Origin: an uncultured Candidatus Rokubacteria bacterium
GTDB lineage: Bacteria > Methylomirabilota > Methylomirabilia > Rokubacteriales > DASRDR01
Assembly: GCA_963805625.1 (NCBI GenBank)
Contig: CAWDVE010000010.1
Span: 1,312,001 to 1,376,000 of the forward strand
Length of the DNA: 64,000 bases
Direction of reading: 5' to 3'
Every line of letters begins with the position of its first letter. The stretch's first letter is position 1. Of the stretch, positions 1-11,081 are shown in pieces. The translations under genes and the position numbers were made by a program. Below the pieces are notes generated by a model, which saw only the letters and a program-made list of their open reading frames with translations, made no database searches and was not told the origin of the DNA.

Positions 1-528
1 CACGCCGAGCACGGCTTCTTGTCCCGCCCTCCGGGCGCCACCGAGTGGGTGAGCGGGATGATTCCGCCCCAGGACTGGCGCCCGGCCGTGCTCGCCCTCA
101 TGCGAGCGTTCGCGGCACGAACACCGGGGGCTCTTGTCGAGGAGAAGAGTACCGGACTCGCATGGCACTACCGCCTGGCGGACCCGGCGATCGGCCCGAG
201 CCGGGCGCATGCCCTGACGCTCGAGCTGTCGATTCTCCTTGGCCGCCTGCCCGCCGAGATCCTGCCCGGGTCGAAGGTCATCGAGGTGGTGGCCCGAGGC
301 GTCCACAAGGGCCGCCTCGTCCCCTCCGTCGTGGCCCGTGCCCCTGCGGGCGCGCTGGTCGTGGCCATCGGGGACGATCGCACCGACGAGGATCTGTTCG
401 CGGCGCTGCCCCCGAGCGCGCTCGCGGTCCACGTCGGGCCTGAACCGACGACGGCCTCCATCCGTCTCGGCGGTGTCCGGGACGTCCGCGCCCTCCTCCG
501 CACGGTCGTGGAAGCCCGGCCCAGCTAA
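1..528 (+). CDS. otsB: Trehalose-6-phosphate phosphatase domain (5'-partial; probably the C-terminus of a bifunctional TPS/TPP)
   Basis: Frame open from base 1 (HAEHGF). Motifs EEKSTGLAWHYR, GSKVIEV, HKG and GDDRTDED are typical of HAD-IIB T6P phosphatases. Confidence 0.9.
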   Translation, partial: HAEHGFLSRPPGATEWVSGMIPPQDWRPAVLALMRAFAARTPGALVEEKSTGLAWHYRLADPAIGPSRAHALTLELSILLGRLPAEILPGSKVIEVVARGVHKGRLVPSVVARAPAGALVVAIGDDRTDEDLFAALPPSALAVHVGPEPTTASIRLGGVRDVRALLRTVVEARPS

Positions 529-555
529 GCAGAGACGCGTTATTCTGGAGGTGAA

Positions 556-591
556 GCGTGAGGGCGAGGGCCAGTACCCTCACCCTCACGC
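556..591. repeat. Intergenic stem-loop (15-bp arms, one mismatch, 6-nt loop)
   Basis: GCGTGAGGGCGAGGG-ccagta-CCCTCACCCTCACGC between otsB and glgE; no U-tract. Confidence 0.7.
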
Positions 592-614
592 AAGACGACA
601 CGAGGTGAGGCACC

Positions 615-2606
615 ATGGCATATCGGTCGCCGCGCGGCGACGTCCGCAGCGTCTGGATCGGTGACGTCCGGCCCGAGCTGGATGGCGGGCGATTTCCCGT
701 CAAGCGCGAGGTCGGCGACACGTTCGAGGTGACCGCGGACATCCTGCAGGAGGGCCACAGTGGCCTGGCCGCCGTGCTCCGCTACCGGACCGTGAAGGAC
801 ACGGCGTGGCACGAGGCGCGCATGGAGCCCCTCGGAAACGACCGCTGGGCCGGCCGGTTCCTTCTGGAGGAGAACACGCGGTACGTCTACACGCTCGAGG
901 CGTGGCCGGACGCCTACCGGACCTGGGCCGATGACCTCCGGAAGCGCCTGGGGGCCGGCATGGACGTCTCGAGCGAGCTCCTCGAAGGCGCGGCCCTCCT
1001 GCGGGGCGCCCTCGCGCGCGTCGTGGGAGCCGACCGCCGGCGGCTGGAGGCGCGTCTCGGCGACTTCGAGGCGACGAGCGACACCGACCGCCGGGCGCGA
1101 CTCCTCCTCAACGAGGAGGTCACCGAGGTCCTCGACATCTATCCGGATCGAGCCGCGGCGACGCGGTATGACCGGGAGCTCGAGGTGGTCGTGGACCGCC
1201 CTCTGGCCCGGTTCGCCGCATGGTACGAGTTGTTCCCGCGATCCCAGGGCCGGGTACCGGGCCGACCCGGCACGCTCCGCGACTGCATCGAGCGGCTGCC
1301 GGAGATCGCGGACATGGGCTTCGACGTGGTCTACCTGCCGCCGATCCATCCGATCGGGCGGAGCTTCCGGAAGGGACGAAACAACGCGCTCGAGGCGGGC
1401 CCCGACGACCCGGGCTCCCCGTGGGCCATCGGCAACGAGCACGGGGGGCACAAGGCGATCGATCCCACCCTGGGGACGCTGGCAGACTTCCGAGCGTTCC
1501 TTCGAGCCGCCCGAGACCACGGGCTCGAGATCGCGCTGGACTACGCGCTCCAGTGCTCGCCGGACCATCCCTGGGTGACCGAGCACCCCGAGTGGTTTCA
1601 CCATCGGCCGGACGGGACGATCAAGTACGCCGAGAACCCGCCGAAGAAGTACCAGGACATCTACCCCTTGAACTTCTTCGGCCGGGAGCGCGAGGCGCTC
1701 TGGGAGGAGGCGAAGGGCATCCTCCTCTTCTGGATCGAGCAGGGGGTGCGGATCTTCCGCGTGGACAATCCCCACACAAAGCCGATCGCGCTATGGTCCT
1801 GGCTGATCGCGGAGATCCAGGCCGTCCACCCTGACGTGATCTTCCTCGCCGAGGCCTTCACGCGCCCGCGGGTCGTGCAGAGTCTCGCGAAGGTCGGCTT
1901 CACCCAGTCCTACACGTACTTCACGTGGCGGAACTTCAAACAGGATCTGATCGACTACCTCACCGAGCTGACGCGCGGAGAGATGGCGGAATACTTCCGG
2001 GGAAACTTCTTCGCGAACACGCCGGACATCCTTCCCCCCATCCTGCAGCAGGGCGGGCCGCCGGCCTTCCGGATGCGCCTCGCGCTCGCGGCGACCCTCT
2101 CCTCGCTCTACGGGATCTACAGCGGCTACGAGCTCTGCGAGAACGCCGCCATCCCCGGCACCGAGGAGTACCTCGATTCCGAGAAGTACGAGATCCGGGT
2201 CCGGGACTGGAACGCGCCAGGGAACATCCGCGCGTACGTCGCGCGGCTCAACCGGATCCGCCGGGAGAACCGGGCACTCCACGAGTACCGGAACCTCGTT
2301 TTCTACGAGAGCGACGACGAGCACGTCCTCTGCTACGGGAAGCGCAGCGCGGACGGGACTAACGCAGTCCTCGTGGCGGTGAACCTCGACCCGTTCGCGC
2401 CGCACGAAGCGGGGGTGCGCGTGCCCCTCGAGACCCTGGGGATCGCGGCGGACGAGCCCTTTCAGGCCCACGAGATGCTCTCGGACGAGCGGCACCTCTG
2501 GAGGGGGCCGACGCAGCACGTCCGCCTCGACCCCATGATGGAGCCCGCGGCGATCCTCCGCCTCGAGCGCTTCGGACAGCGTGCCTACGGGACGCCGTGC
2601 TACTGA
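615..2606 (+). CDS. glgE: Alpha-1,4-glucan:maltose-1-phosphate maltosyltransferase
   Basis: WYELFPRS, KGRNN, QCSPDHPW, ENPPKKYQDIYP, RVDNPHTKP, LAEAFTRP, NTPDIL, SEKYE; SD GAGG upstream. Confidence 0.97.
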   Translation: MAYRSPRGDVRSVWIGDVRPELDGGRFPVKREVGDTFEVTADILQEGHSGLAAVLRYRTVKDTAWHEARMEPLGNDRWAGRFLLEENTRYVYTLEAWPDAYRTWADDLRKRLGAGMDVSSELLEGAALLRGALARVVGADRRRLEARLGDFEATSDTDRRARLLLNEEVTEVLDIYPDRAAATRYDRELEVVVDRPLARFAAWYELFPRSQGRVPGRPGTLRDCIERLPEIADMGFDVVYLPPIHPIGRSFRKGRNNALEAGPDDPGSPWAIGNEHGGHKAIDPTLGTLADFRAFLRAARDHGLEIALDYALQCSPDHPWVTEHPEWFHHRPDGTIKYAENPPKKYQDIYPLNFFGREREALWEEAKGILLFWIEQGVRIFRVDNPHTKPIALWSWLIAEIQAVHPDVIFLAEAFTRPRVVQSLAKVGFTQSYTYFTWRNFKQDLIDYLTELTRGEMAEYFRGNFFANTPDILPPILQQGGPPAFRMRLALAATLSSLYGIYSGYELCENAAIPGTEEYLDSEKYEIRVRDWNAPGNIRAYVARLNRIRRENRALHEYRNLVFYESDDEHVLCYGKRSADGTNAVLVAVNLDPFAPHEAGVRVPLETLGIAADEPFQAHEMLSDERHLWRGPTQHVRLDPMMEPAAILRLERFGQRAYGTPCY

Positions 2607-2663
2607 GACTCGGCGGACAAGCCGCTCCACCCGCCCTACCCCCGCACCCGGAGGGCACCGACC

Positions 2664-4334
<1,671 letters not shown>

Positions 4335-4404
4335 GCGCGACCGAAACCCCTCCGCCGCAGGCCGAGGACCGCTCATCCGATGGGAGAGTGGCGGGAGGAT
4401 CCGC

Positions 4405-5631
4405 GTGAAGGTCCTCCTGCTCACCCGTGAGTATCCGCCCGATGTCTACGGGGGCGCCGGCGTGCACGTCGAGCACCTCGCCCGGGAGCTGGCAAGACTT
4501 GCGGCCGTCGAGGTGCGAACCTTCGGCCGCCAGCACGTCGAGGCCGGGAGCCTCGTGGTGCAGGGCCACGGGGCGGCGGCGGAGACGATCGACCCTCCCG
4601 AGGGCGCGTACTCGTTCGCGCCGGTCATCCGGGCCCTCCGCGTCTGCCTCAGTCTCGGTGTCCGGCCGACGGACGCCGACGTCGTCCACTCCCACACCTG
4701 GTACGCCGCGTTCGGCGGTCTCCTGGCCCGGCTCATCCACGGCATCCCGCTGGTCGTAACCGCTCACTCGATCGAGCCGCTCCGCCCGTGGAAGCGCGAG
4801 CAGCTCGGCCGGGGTGCCGACGTCTCGGCGTGGGCCGAGCGCGCCGCCCTCGAGGCCGCGGACGCGGTCATCGCCGTCTCGACGGAGATGCGACGGGACC
4901 TTCTCCGCCACTACACGATCGCACCCGAGCGGGTACACGTCATCCCGAACGGAGTCGACACCGATACCTACCGCCCGGCGCCCGGCCGGGCGCGCATCGA
5001 GCGGTTCGGGATCGACCCGACCCGCCCCTACGTTCTCTTCGTGGGACGGATCTCCCGGCAGAAGGGTCTCTTCCACCTGATCCAGGCCATCCCCGACCTC
5101 AGCCCCGGGGTCCAGGTCGTTCTGTGCGCCGGGGCACCCGATACGCCCGAAATTGCGCGAGAGGTCGAGGCCGCCGTGGCGCGAGTCCAGGCGCAACGGT
5201 CGGGGGTCGTGTGGATCCCCGAAATGGTCGACCGGGCCACGGCCGTGGAGCTTTACTCGCACGCGGCCGTCTTCTGCTGCCCGTCGGTGTACGAGCCGTT
5301 CGGCCTGATCAACCTCGAGGCGATGGCCTGCGAGATCGCGGTGGTCGCGACCACGGTCGGCGGCATTCCGGAGGTCGTGGTCGACGGAGAGACCGGCTGC
5401 CTCATCCCCGTCGATCTGGTCGACCACGACGGCGTCGTCGAGCCGCGGGATCCCGAGAGCTTCGCGTGGAACCTGGCGCAGGCCCTCAACGCTCTCCTCG
5501 CGGATCCCGCGCTGCGCCGGACCATGGGGGTCAAGGGACGCCAGCGGGCCGAGGCATTCTTCAGCTGGGCGGCCGTGGCCCGCCGCACGCTTGCGCTCTA
5601 CCGGACTCTCGTGGAGGCGCATGAGCGCTAG
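4405..5631 (+). CDS. glgA: GT4 glycogen synthase / alpha-maltose-1-phosphate synthase (GlgM-type)
   Basis: GTG start after GGAGG. TREYPPDVYGGAGVHV, HSHTWY, HSIEPLRPWKREQLG, VGRISRQKG, YEPFGLINLEA. The track ORF from 4000 is an overextension. Confidence 0.92.
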   Translation: MKVLLLTREYPPDVYGGAGVHVEHLARELARLAAVEVRTFGRQHVEAGSLVVQGHGAAAETIDPPEGAYSFAPVIRALRVCLSLGVRPTDADVVHSHTWYAAFGGLLARLIHGIPLVVTAHSIEPLRPWKREQLGRGADVSAWAERAALEAADAVIAVSTEMRRDLLRHYTIAPERVHVIPNGVDTDTYRPAPGRARIERFGIDPTRPYVLFVGRISRQKGLFHLIQAIPDLSPGVQVVLCAGAPDTPEIAREVEAAVARVQAQRSGVVWIPEMVDRATAVELYSHAAVFCCPSVYEPFGLINLEAMACEIAVVATTVGGIPEVVVDGETGCLIPVDLVDHDGVVEPRDPESFAWNLAQALNALLADPALRRTMGVKGRQRAEAFFSWAAVARRTLALYRTLVEAHER

Positions 5632-7861
5632 GCGCCGGGCCGAAGGCGCCCCGGCTCCGGCCCGGAATCCCGAGCCGCCGCCCCCCCCGGCGCTCACGGC
5701 CCGCGCGGGCGCCGCGCTGGGTGAGACCCTGGGCGGCCGACGATGGTTCGGCAGCAAGAACCGGGATGTGTCCGAAGTCGTCCCGGTGGACCACGCGGCA
5801 GTGCCGGGAACGGCCGGGCTTCTCGCCCTGTTCGACGTGGTCTTCGCTGATCAGGGGCGGGAGCGCTATTGCATTCCCGTCGCGCCACCGAGCATCGACC
5901 AGGAGCCGTTCGTCGACGCGATGGCCGAGCCGGCATTCTGCATGGCCTTGCTGGAGGCGATCCGGAATGGCGCGACGCTCGCGGGCGCGCGCGGCGCGTT
6001 CCGGTGCGTGGCGACGGCCGTGCTGGCCGAGATCCTGCCGGCGGCGCCGCACGAGGCGCGTCCGATCGGGAGCGAGCAGAGCAACACGTCGGTCGTCTAC
6101 GACCGCCGGGCGATCCTGAAGCTCTTCCGGCGGCTCGAAGCCGGACCGAGCCCCGAGCTCGAGCTCACGGACTTCCTCACGCGAGAGGCGACGTTTCCCG
6201 GTGCCCCCCGGCTCGCCGGCGCGGTCACCTACCAGGCCGACGGCGAGGACCCGGTCACGCTGGCCGTGCTGCACGAGTTCGTTCCGAACCAGGGCGACGC
6301 CTGGACGGCCACCCTCGAGCGGCTCGCCGAGTACTACGCGGCCGCGATCGAGGGACGCGGGGAGGAGTCGCCGGACCCCGTCTTCGCCCGTGCCCTGGCA
6401 GCGGCGGACGCGCACGAGGCCGCGCGACTCGGCACGCTCACCGGTCGCCTGCACCGGGCGCTGGCCGCGGCCCCGCCCAGCCACCCCCTGGCGCCCGAGC
6501 CGATCACGACGGGAGACGTGGCCGTCTGGGGGAAAGCGATGCTGGCGCAGCTCAGCCGCGCCGGCGAGGCGCTCGCCGCCGGGCTCCCGGACCTCCCGCC
6601 GGCGCTCCGCGAGAGCGCGGAGCGCGTCGTCGCTGACATCGCCCGTCTAGGCGACGAGCTTCGCGCACAGGACGCCCTCGCGGCCGGAGGTGTCGTGAAG
6701 GTCCGTGTCCACGGCGACTACCACCTCGGGCAGCTCCTGCGAACGGCCGACGGCTTCACCATCCTGGACTTCGAGGGCGAGCCGGCGCGAACCCTGGCAG
6801 AGCGTCGCGCCAAGCAGTGCGTCCTGAAGGACGTGGCCGGGATGCTCCGCTCGTTCGCGTACGCGGCGCAGATCGCCTTCGCTCGCCGCCTGGAGGCAAA
6901 CCCCCACGACGCCAGGCTAGCCGAGCGTCTCAGACCCTGGGCGGAGACGTGGGAGGACGGAGTGCGCACGGCCTTCCTGAACGCGTACCTCGGCGAGGTC
7001 ACGCGGCCCGGCGAGCCGCCGCTGGTACCGATCGAGCGGGAGCGCTTCGACCGGGCTCTGCGCGCCTACGAGCTCGACAAGGCGCTCTACGAGCTCGGCT
7101 ACGAGCTCGCCAACCGGCCGACGTGGGTCTCGGTTCCCCTCGTCGCCCTCGAGCGCGCGATCGCCAGGCTTCCCGGCCCGGCCGCGGGCCAGCTTCGCGT
7201 GGGCGAGGGCCCGTTCGCCTTCATGGCCTGCATGGAGTTAAGGGAGTTCACCGGCCTGCGGGCCGAGAACGAGCGGCAGCTGGCCCAGCTCCTCGACGAG
7301 GTCCCGCTCGACTCGATCTACTACCACACGCACGGCTTCTTGCTGCGCCATCGGCTCGTGACCGGTCTCTATCCCAACGACTTCGCGACGTGGGTAGACG
7401 TTCAGGTGCGGGATCGTGTCCTGGGGGAACGTCTGGCGATGGTCGACCCGGCCGACTTCACCACCCTCCAGGCCTTGCGGGAGGAGCTCGTGTCGGTGGT
7501 GGACGAGCACCTCCGCCGCATCGGCATCGTGCCCCAGGTCATGTCCGGGGAGCCCTTCGACTTCATCCAGTCACGGATCGTCGAGATCCCGACCGGGATC
7601 GAGGTGCGAACGCTCCAGGAGCTCCGGGACGTCCTGCTCGAGGTCGACCAGAGCGCGCTCTACTTCCACCTCGTCGAGACCCGGCTCCGGCTCGGCCGGG
7701 GGCGGAACGACTTCGCGGCATGGCTGGAGCGGGGCCTCGGGCTGCCCGAGCTGGCCGCCCGGGTCCAGGGGGTCAACCCGTACGCCGCCAGCCTCGAGCA
7801 GGCCCGGACCCGTCTCATCGCGCTCCTCGACGAGGCACTCTCCACGGGTGTGGGCCGATGA
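5621..7861 (+). CDS. Maltokinase (Mak/Pep2) fused to a C-terminal DUF5752-like domain
   Basis: RWFGSK, EQSNTS, LKLFRR, NQGDAW, RVHGDYHLGQ, DFEGEP, DVAGMLRSF. From ~7211 a two-repeat domain (SIYYHTH..NDFATW / ALYFH..NDFAAW). Confidence 0.88.
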   Translation: MSARRRAEGAPAPARNPEPPPPPALTARAGAALGETLGGRRWFGSKNRDVSEVVPVDHAAVPGTAGLLALFDVVFADQGRERYCIPVAPPSIDQEPFVDAMAEPAFCMALLEAIRNGATLAGARGAFRCVATAVLAEILPAAPHEARPIGSEQSNTSVVYDRRAILKLFRRLEAGPSPELELTDFLTREATFPGAPRLAGAVTYQADGEDPVTLAVLHEFVPNQGDAWTATLERLAEYYAAAIEGRGEESPDPVFARALAAADAHEAARLGTLTGRLHRALAAAPPSHPLAPEPITTGDVAVWGKAMLAQLSRAGEALAAGLPDLPPALRESAERVVADIARLGDELRAQDALAAGGVVKVRVHGDYHLGQLLRTADGFTILDFEGEPARTLAERRAKQCVLKDVAGMLRSFAYAAQIAFARRLEANPHDARLAERLRPWAETWEDGVRTAFLNAYLGEVTRPGEPPLVPIERERFDRALRAYELDKALYELGYELANRPTWVSVPLVALERAIARLPGPAAGQLRVGEGPFAFMACMELREFTGLRAENERQLAQLLDEVPLDSIYYHTHGFLLRHRLVTGLYPNDFATWVDVQVRDRVLGERLAMVDPADFTTLQALREELVSVVDEHLRRIGIVPQVMSGEPFDFIQSRIVEIPTGIEVRTLQELRDVLLEVDQSALYFHLVETRLRLGRGRNDFAAWLERGLGLPELAARVQGVNPYAASLEQARTRLIALLDEALSTGVGR

Positions 7862-7897
7862 ACCCTCACAAGAGCTCCGCATGACGGGTCGGCACGC

Positions 7898-9100
7898 ATG
7901 AGCGGCCCGCGCCTGGAGGAGTACCGGGCCGTCGCGCCGCGGGGCGCGATCGAGCTCCTGCTGAAGCTCGCCGAGCGGCTGCAGGGCCGGCGCTTCGTCC
8001 ACGTCAACGCAAGCCGTTACGGCAGCGGGTCTTCGGAGATCCTAGCGCGGCTCGTGCCGTTGCTCCAGGATCTCGGCGTCGACGCCACTTGGGAGGTCAT
8101 CGTCGGGGATCCGGCGTTCTACGCGGCGACCCACGCGCTCGAGACGGCGCTCAGCGGCCAGCCGGCCGTCATCACCGAGGCCATGCTCGTCTCCTACGTC
8201 GAGGCCGCTGCGACCAACGCCGCGACGCTCCGGCTCGAGTCCGACCTCCTCATGGTCCACGACCTCCCGGCCTTGCCGCTCGTCCGCCACCGCCCCGAGC
8301 GGGGCCGCTGGGTCTGGCGCTGCTACGCCGACCTCTCCCGCGCGTGGCGACGCGCGTGGCACCTCGTGCGCCGCGACCTCGAGCGATACGACACCGTGGT
8401 GTACTCCATGCCGAAGTTCGCCCAGCGCGTCCGGGTCCCGATGCTCGTCGTTCATCCGTCGATCGATCCGCTCGGCGAGAAGAACCGGGAGCTCGGGCGA
8501 AGCGAGGTACGCGAAGTCCTGGACCGGTACAACATCGCCCGGGACAAGCCGCTCTTGCTCCAGGTCGCCGCCTATTCCCGCGCGACCGAGCCCACAAGGG
8601 CGTTGACCGCCTTCCGCCTCGCGCGAAAGTACGTGCCCTGCCGGCTCGTACTGGCCGGGTGGGGCGCGACGGACAACCCCGAGGGCAGTGCCGTCCTGGC
8701 CGAGCTGCGCGAGGCCGCCGGCACGGATCCGGACGTCCACGTGCTCGTGATGCCGCCCGACGCCGCCCGGGAGCTCAATGCGCTCCAGCGAGCCGCGACG
8801 GTGGTTCTCCACCTGCCACAGCGGGAGGGCTTCGGCCTGGCGGTAGCCGAGGCGATGTGGAAGGGCAAGCCGGTCGTCGGCAGCGCCGCGGGCGGGATCC
8901 CGGCCCAGGTCCTTTCGGAGGTGACGGGCTACACCGTGGGCTCCGTCGAGGGGGCGGCGTTCCGGATCCGGCAGCTACTGCAGAGCCCCGACCTCACCGC
9001 ACGCTTGGGTGGCGCCGCGCGGGAGTACGTCCGGCGGAACTTCCTGCTCCCGCGTCACCTCGGCGACTACCTCGCCCTCCTCGCCCAGATGACCGCGTAG
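7898..9100 (+). CDS. TreT-like GT4 glycosyltransferase with degenerate active-site motifs
   Basis: HVN..YG.G..EIL, WVWRC, PSIDPL, NALQRAA, REGFGL..AEAMWKGKPV match TreT; the SRFDxxK motif is absent. Confidence 0.82.
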   Translation: MSGPRLEEYRAVAPRGAIELLLKLAERLQGRRFVHVNASRYGSGSSEILARLVPLLQDLGVDATWEVIVGDPAFYAATHALETALSGQPAVITEAMLVSYVEAAATNAATLRLESDLLMVHDLPALPLVRHRPERGRWVWRCYADLSRAWRRAWHLVRRDLERYDTVVYSMPKFAQRVRVPMLVVHPSIDPLGEKNRELGRSEVREVLDRYNIARDKPLLLQVAAYSRATEPTRALTAFRLARKYVPCRLVLAGWGATDNPEGSAVLAELREAAGTDPDVHVLVMPPDAARELNALQRAATVVLHLPQREGFGLAVAEAMWKGKPVVGSAAGGIPAQVLSEVTGYTVGSVEGAAFRIRQLLQSPDLTARLGGAAREYVRRNFLLPRHLGDYLALLAQMTA

Positions 9101-9115
9101 CGGGACGGAGCAAGC

Positions 9116-10360
9116 GTGGCGGACGGGCTCATCCTCGAGACCGCGCTCCCGCCGGACGGCACTGCGGCGGTGGAGGCGCTGGGACCCGTGGAGGCACTGG
9201 TCGCCGTCACGGCGCTGAACCAGGCCCGGACCGCCCCATCCGTCGTTACCGCGGTCGCCGCCGGGCTGGCCCGCGGCTTCGCCGGGCGGAAGACGGCGGT
9301 CCTCTTCGTCGACGGCGGGTCGCAGGACGGTACCCTCGATGCGGTCAATCAGCAGGCGTCGGCTGATGCGACGGTCCCGGTCGCGAGCGCCCGTGTCTCC
9401 GGACGCCCGGGACGCGGCCGCGCCGTGCTGGCCGCGCTGGCGGCAGCCCGGCACGTCGGCGCCCGCGCGGCAGGCATCGTGGACGCCGGCCTCGCCAGCA
9501 TCACCGCCGAGTCGGTCGAGCTTCTGCTCGGCCCCGCGCTCAACGGGGATGCCGACTACGTCTCGCCTTCCTACACCCGCGCGCTCACCGAGGGCACGCT
9601 CACGACGAACCTTCTCGCGCCCCTGGTCCGATCGCTCTACGGCAAGCGTCTCCAGGAGGTGCTCGGGGGGTGCGCCGCCGTGTCGTCGGCCATCCTCGAT
9701 GCCTTGCCCCCGGCGGAGGAGTGGGCCGACGAGCCGACGGGCCAAGGAGCGGAGATGCGGGTCCTCGGCCAGGCACTGGCGGGCGACCACGCGCTCGTCG
9801 AGGTCCATCTGGGCCGGAAAGAGGTCAATCCCGGCGCCGCCCCGGCCGATCTCGCCCACACCCTGGTGGACGCCGTCGGGCCGCTGTTCCGGCTGATGGA
9901 GCGCCACGCCGCCGGGTGGCAGGACGTCCGAGGGAGCGTGCCAGTCCCTCGGCGAGGCCCAGCCGACCCCGGCCCCAGGGCGGCGGGCGACGTCCGGCCA
10001 GATCGGATGGTCGGGGCCTTCCACCTCGGCCTGAAGGATCTCCTTCCGCTCTGGGAGCAGGCCGTGACGGAGGAGACGCTCGGCCAGCTCTACCCGCTCG
10101 GGCTCCTCGGGCCCGACGACTTCCGCTTCCCGCCGTCCCTGTGGGCTCGCGTGATCGCCGACTTCGCCGTGGCCCACCACGAGCGGCGGCTTCCACGGGA
10201 CCACCTCCTGCGGGCGCTGACGCCGCTCTATCTCGGGCGAGTCGCCGCGTTCGTTCTCGAAACCCAGGCCGCATCCTCGCCGGGAGCCACCGATGCCCTC
10301 GAGCGGGTGTGTCTGGCCTTCGAGGCCGAGAAGCCCACGCTCTCGGCTCGATGGAGGTAG
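9116..10360 (+). CDS. GT-A fold glycosyltransferase homologue (glucosyl-3-phosphoglycerate / glycosylglycerate synthase-like), degenerate
   Basis: DGGSQDGT, DYVSP.Y.R, GTLT.NL..PL.RSLYG, W.RVI.DF, L.PLYLGRVAAF; the DxD position reads VDAG. Confidence 0.72.
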   Translation: MADGLILETALPPDGTAAVEALGPVEALVAVTALNQARTAPSVVTAVAAGLARGFAGRKTAVLFVDGGSQDGTLDAVNQQASADATVPVASARVSGRPGRGRAVLAALAAARHVGARAAGIVDAGLASITAESVELLLGPALNGDADYVSPSYTRALTEGTLTTNLLAPLVRSLYGKRLQEVLGGCAAVSSAILDALPPAEEWADEPTGQGAEMRVLGQALAGDHALVEVHLGRKEVNPGAAPADLAHTLVDAVGPLFRLMERHAAGWQDVRGSVPVPRRGPADPGPRAAGDVRPDRMVGAFHLGLKDLLPLWEQAVTEETLGQLYPLGLLGPDDFRFPPSLWARVIADFAVAHHERRLPRDHLLRALTPLYLGRVAAFVLETQAASSPGATDALERVCLAFEAEKPTLSARWR

Positions 10361-10362
10361 TG

Positions 10363-11067
10363 ATGCAGCAGCAATGGAGCGACATCGTTCTCGACGCGAT
10401 CAGGGACGTGGGGCATCGGATCCTGTTCGTGACGCCCCGACTCTTAGCCGCGCTCACGCTGATACTGCTCGGCTGGATCGTCGCAGCCCTGGTCCGCCGC
10501 GTCACGATCCGGGTCCTGGCTGCCGCGGACCTCGACGTGCGATGCGCCCGATGGGGACTGACTGGGGTCCTCAGCCGTGGCGGTCACCGTCCGTCGCCGA
10601 CCGAGCTCCTCGGCCGTCTCGTGTACTGGGCCATCTTCCTCGTGGGGCTGCTGATGGCCGTCGAGGCGCTGGAGATGCCGGGGACGCGGGGCGCGGTGGG
10701 CGCGGTGCTCGCGTTCCTGCCGCACGTCATCGTCGCGGTGCTCGTCGTCGTCGGGGGGTGGATGCTCGCCCAGTTCCTGGCCCAAGCCGTGTTGATCGCC
10801 GCGGTCAACGCTCAGGTGGCGGGGGCCTCCCTGCTGGCGACGGCGGTTCGCTGGCTCGTCCTCACCGTCGCCGCCGCCGTCGCCCTGACCGAGCTCGGCG
10901 TCGCACGCGAGATGGTCCTGCTCGTCTTCGGAATCGCGTTCGGCGGGGCAGTGCTCGCCCTGTCGCTGGCCTTCGGCCTCGGAGCGCGAGAGCTGGCGCG
11001 CCAGGCCCTCGAGAGCTACCTCGCCCGGGTGCGCCAGGACCGCGGCGAGCCCGTCTCGCACGTCTGA
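10363..11067 (+). CDS. CmpX / mechanosensitive-channel TM-helix membrane protein
   Basis: Two P..L.A..I...GW repeats, several TM helices, C-terminal ALSLAFGLGARE. Confidence 0.8.
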   Translation: MQQQWSDIVLDAIRDVGHRILFVTPRLLAALTLILLGWIVAALVRRVTIRVLAAADLDVRCARWGLTGVLSRGGHRPSPTELLGRLVYWAIFLVGLLMAVEALEMPGTRGAVGAVLAFLPHVIVAVLVVVGGWMLAQFLAQAVLIAAVNAQVAGASLLATAVRWLVLTVAAAVALTELGVAREMVLLVFGIAFGGAVLALSLAFGLGARELARQALESYLARVRQDRGEPVSHV

Positions 11068-11081
11068 CGGCAGGAGGCCCC

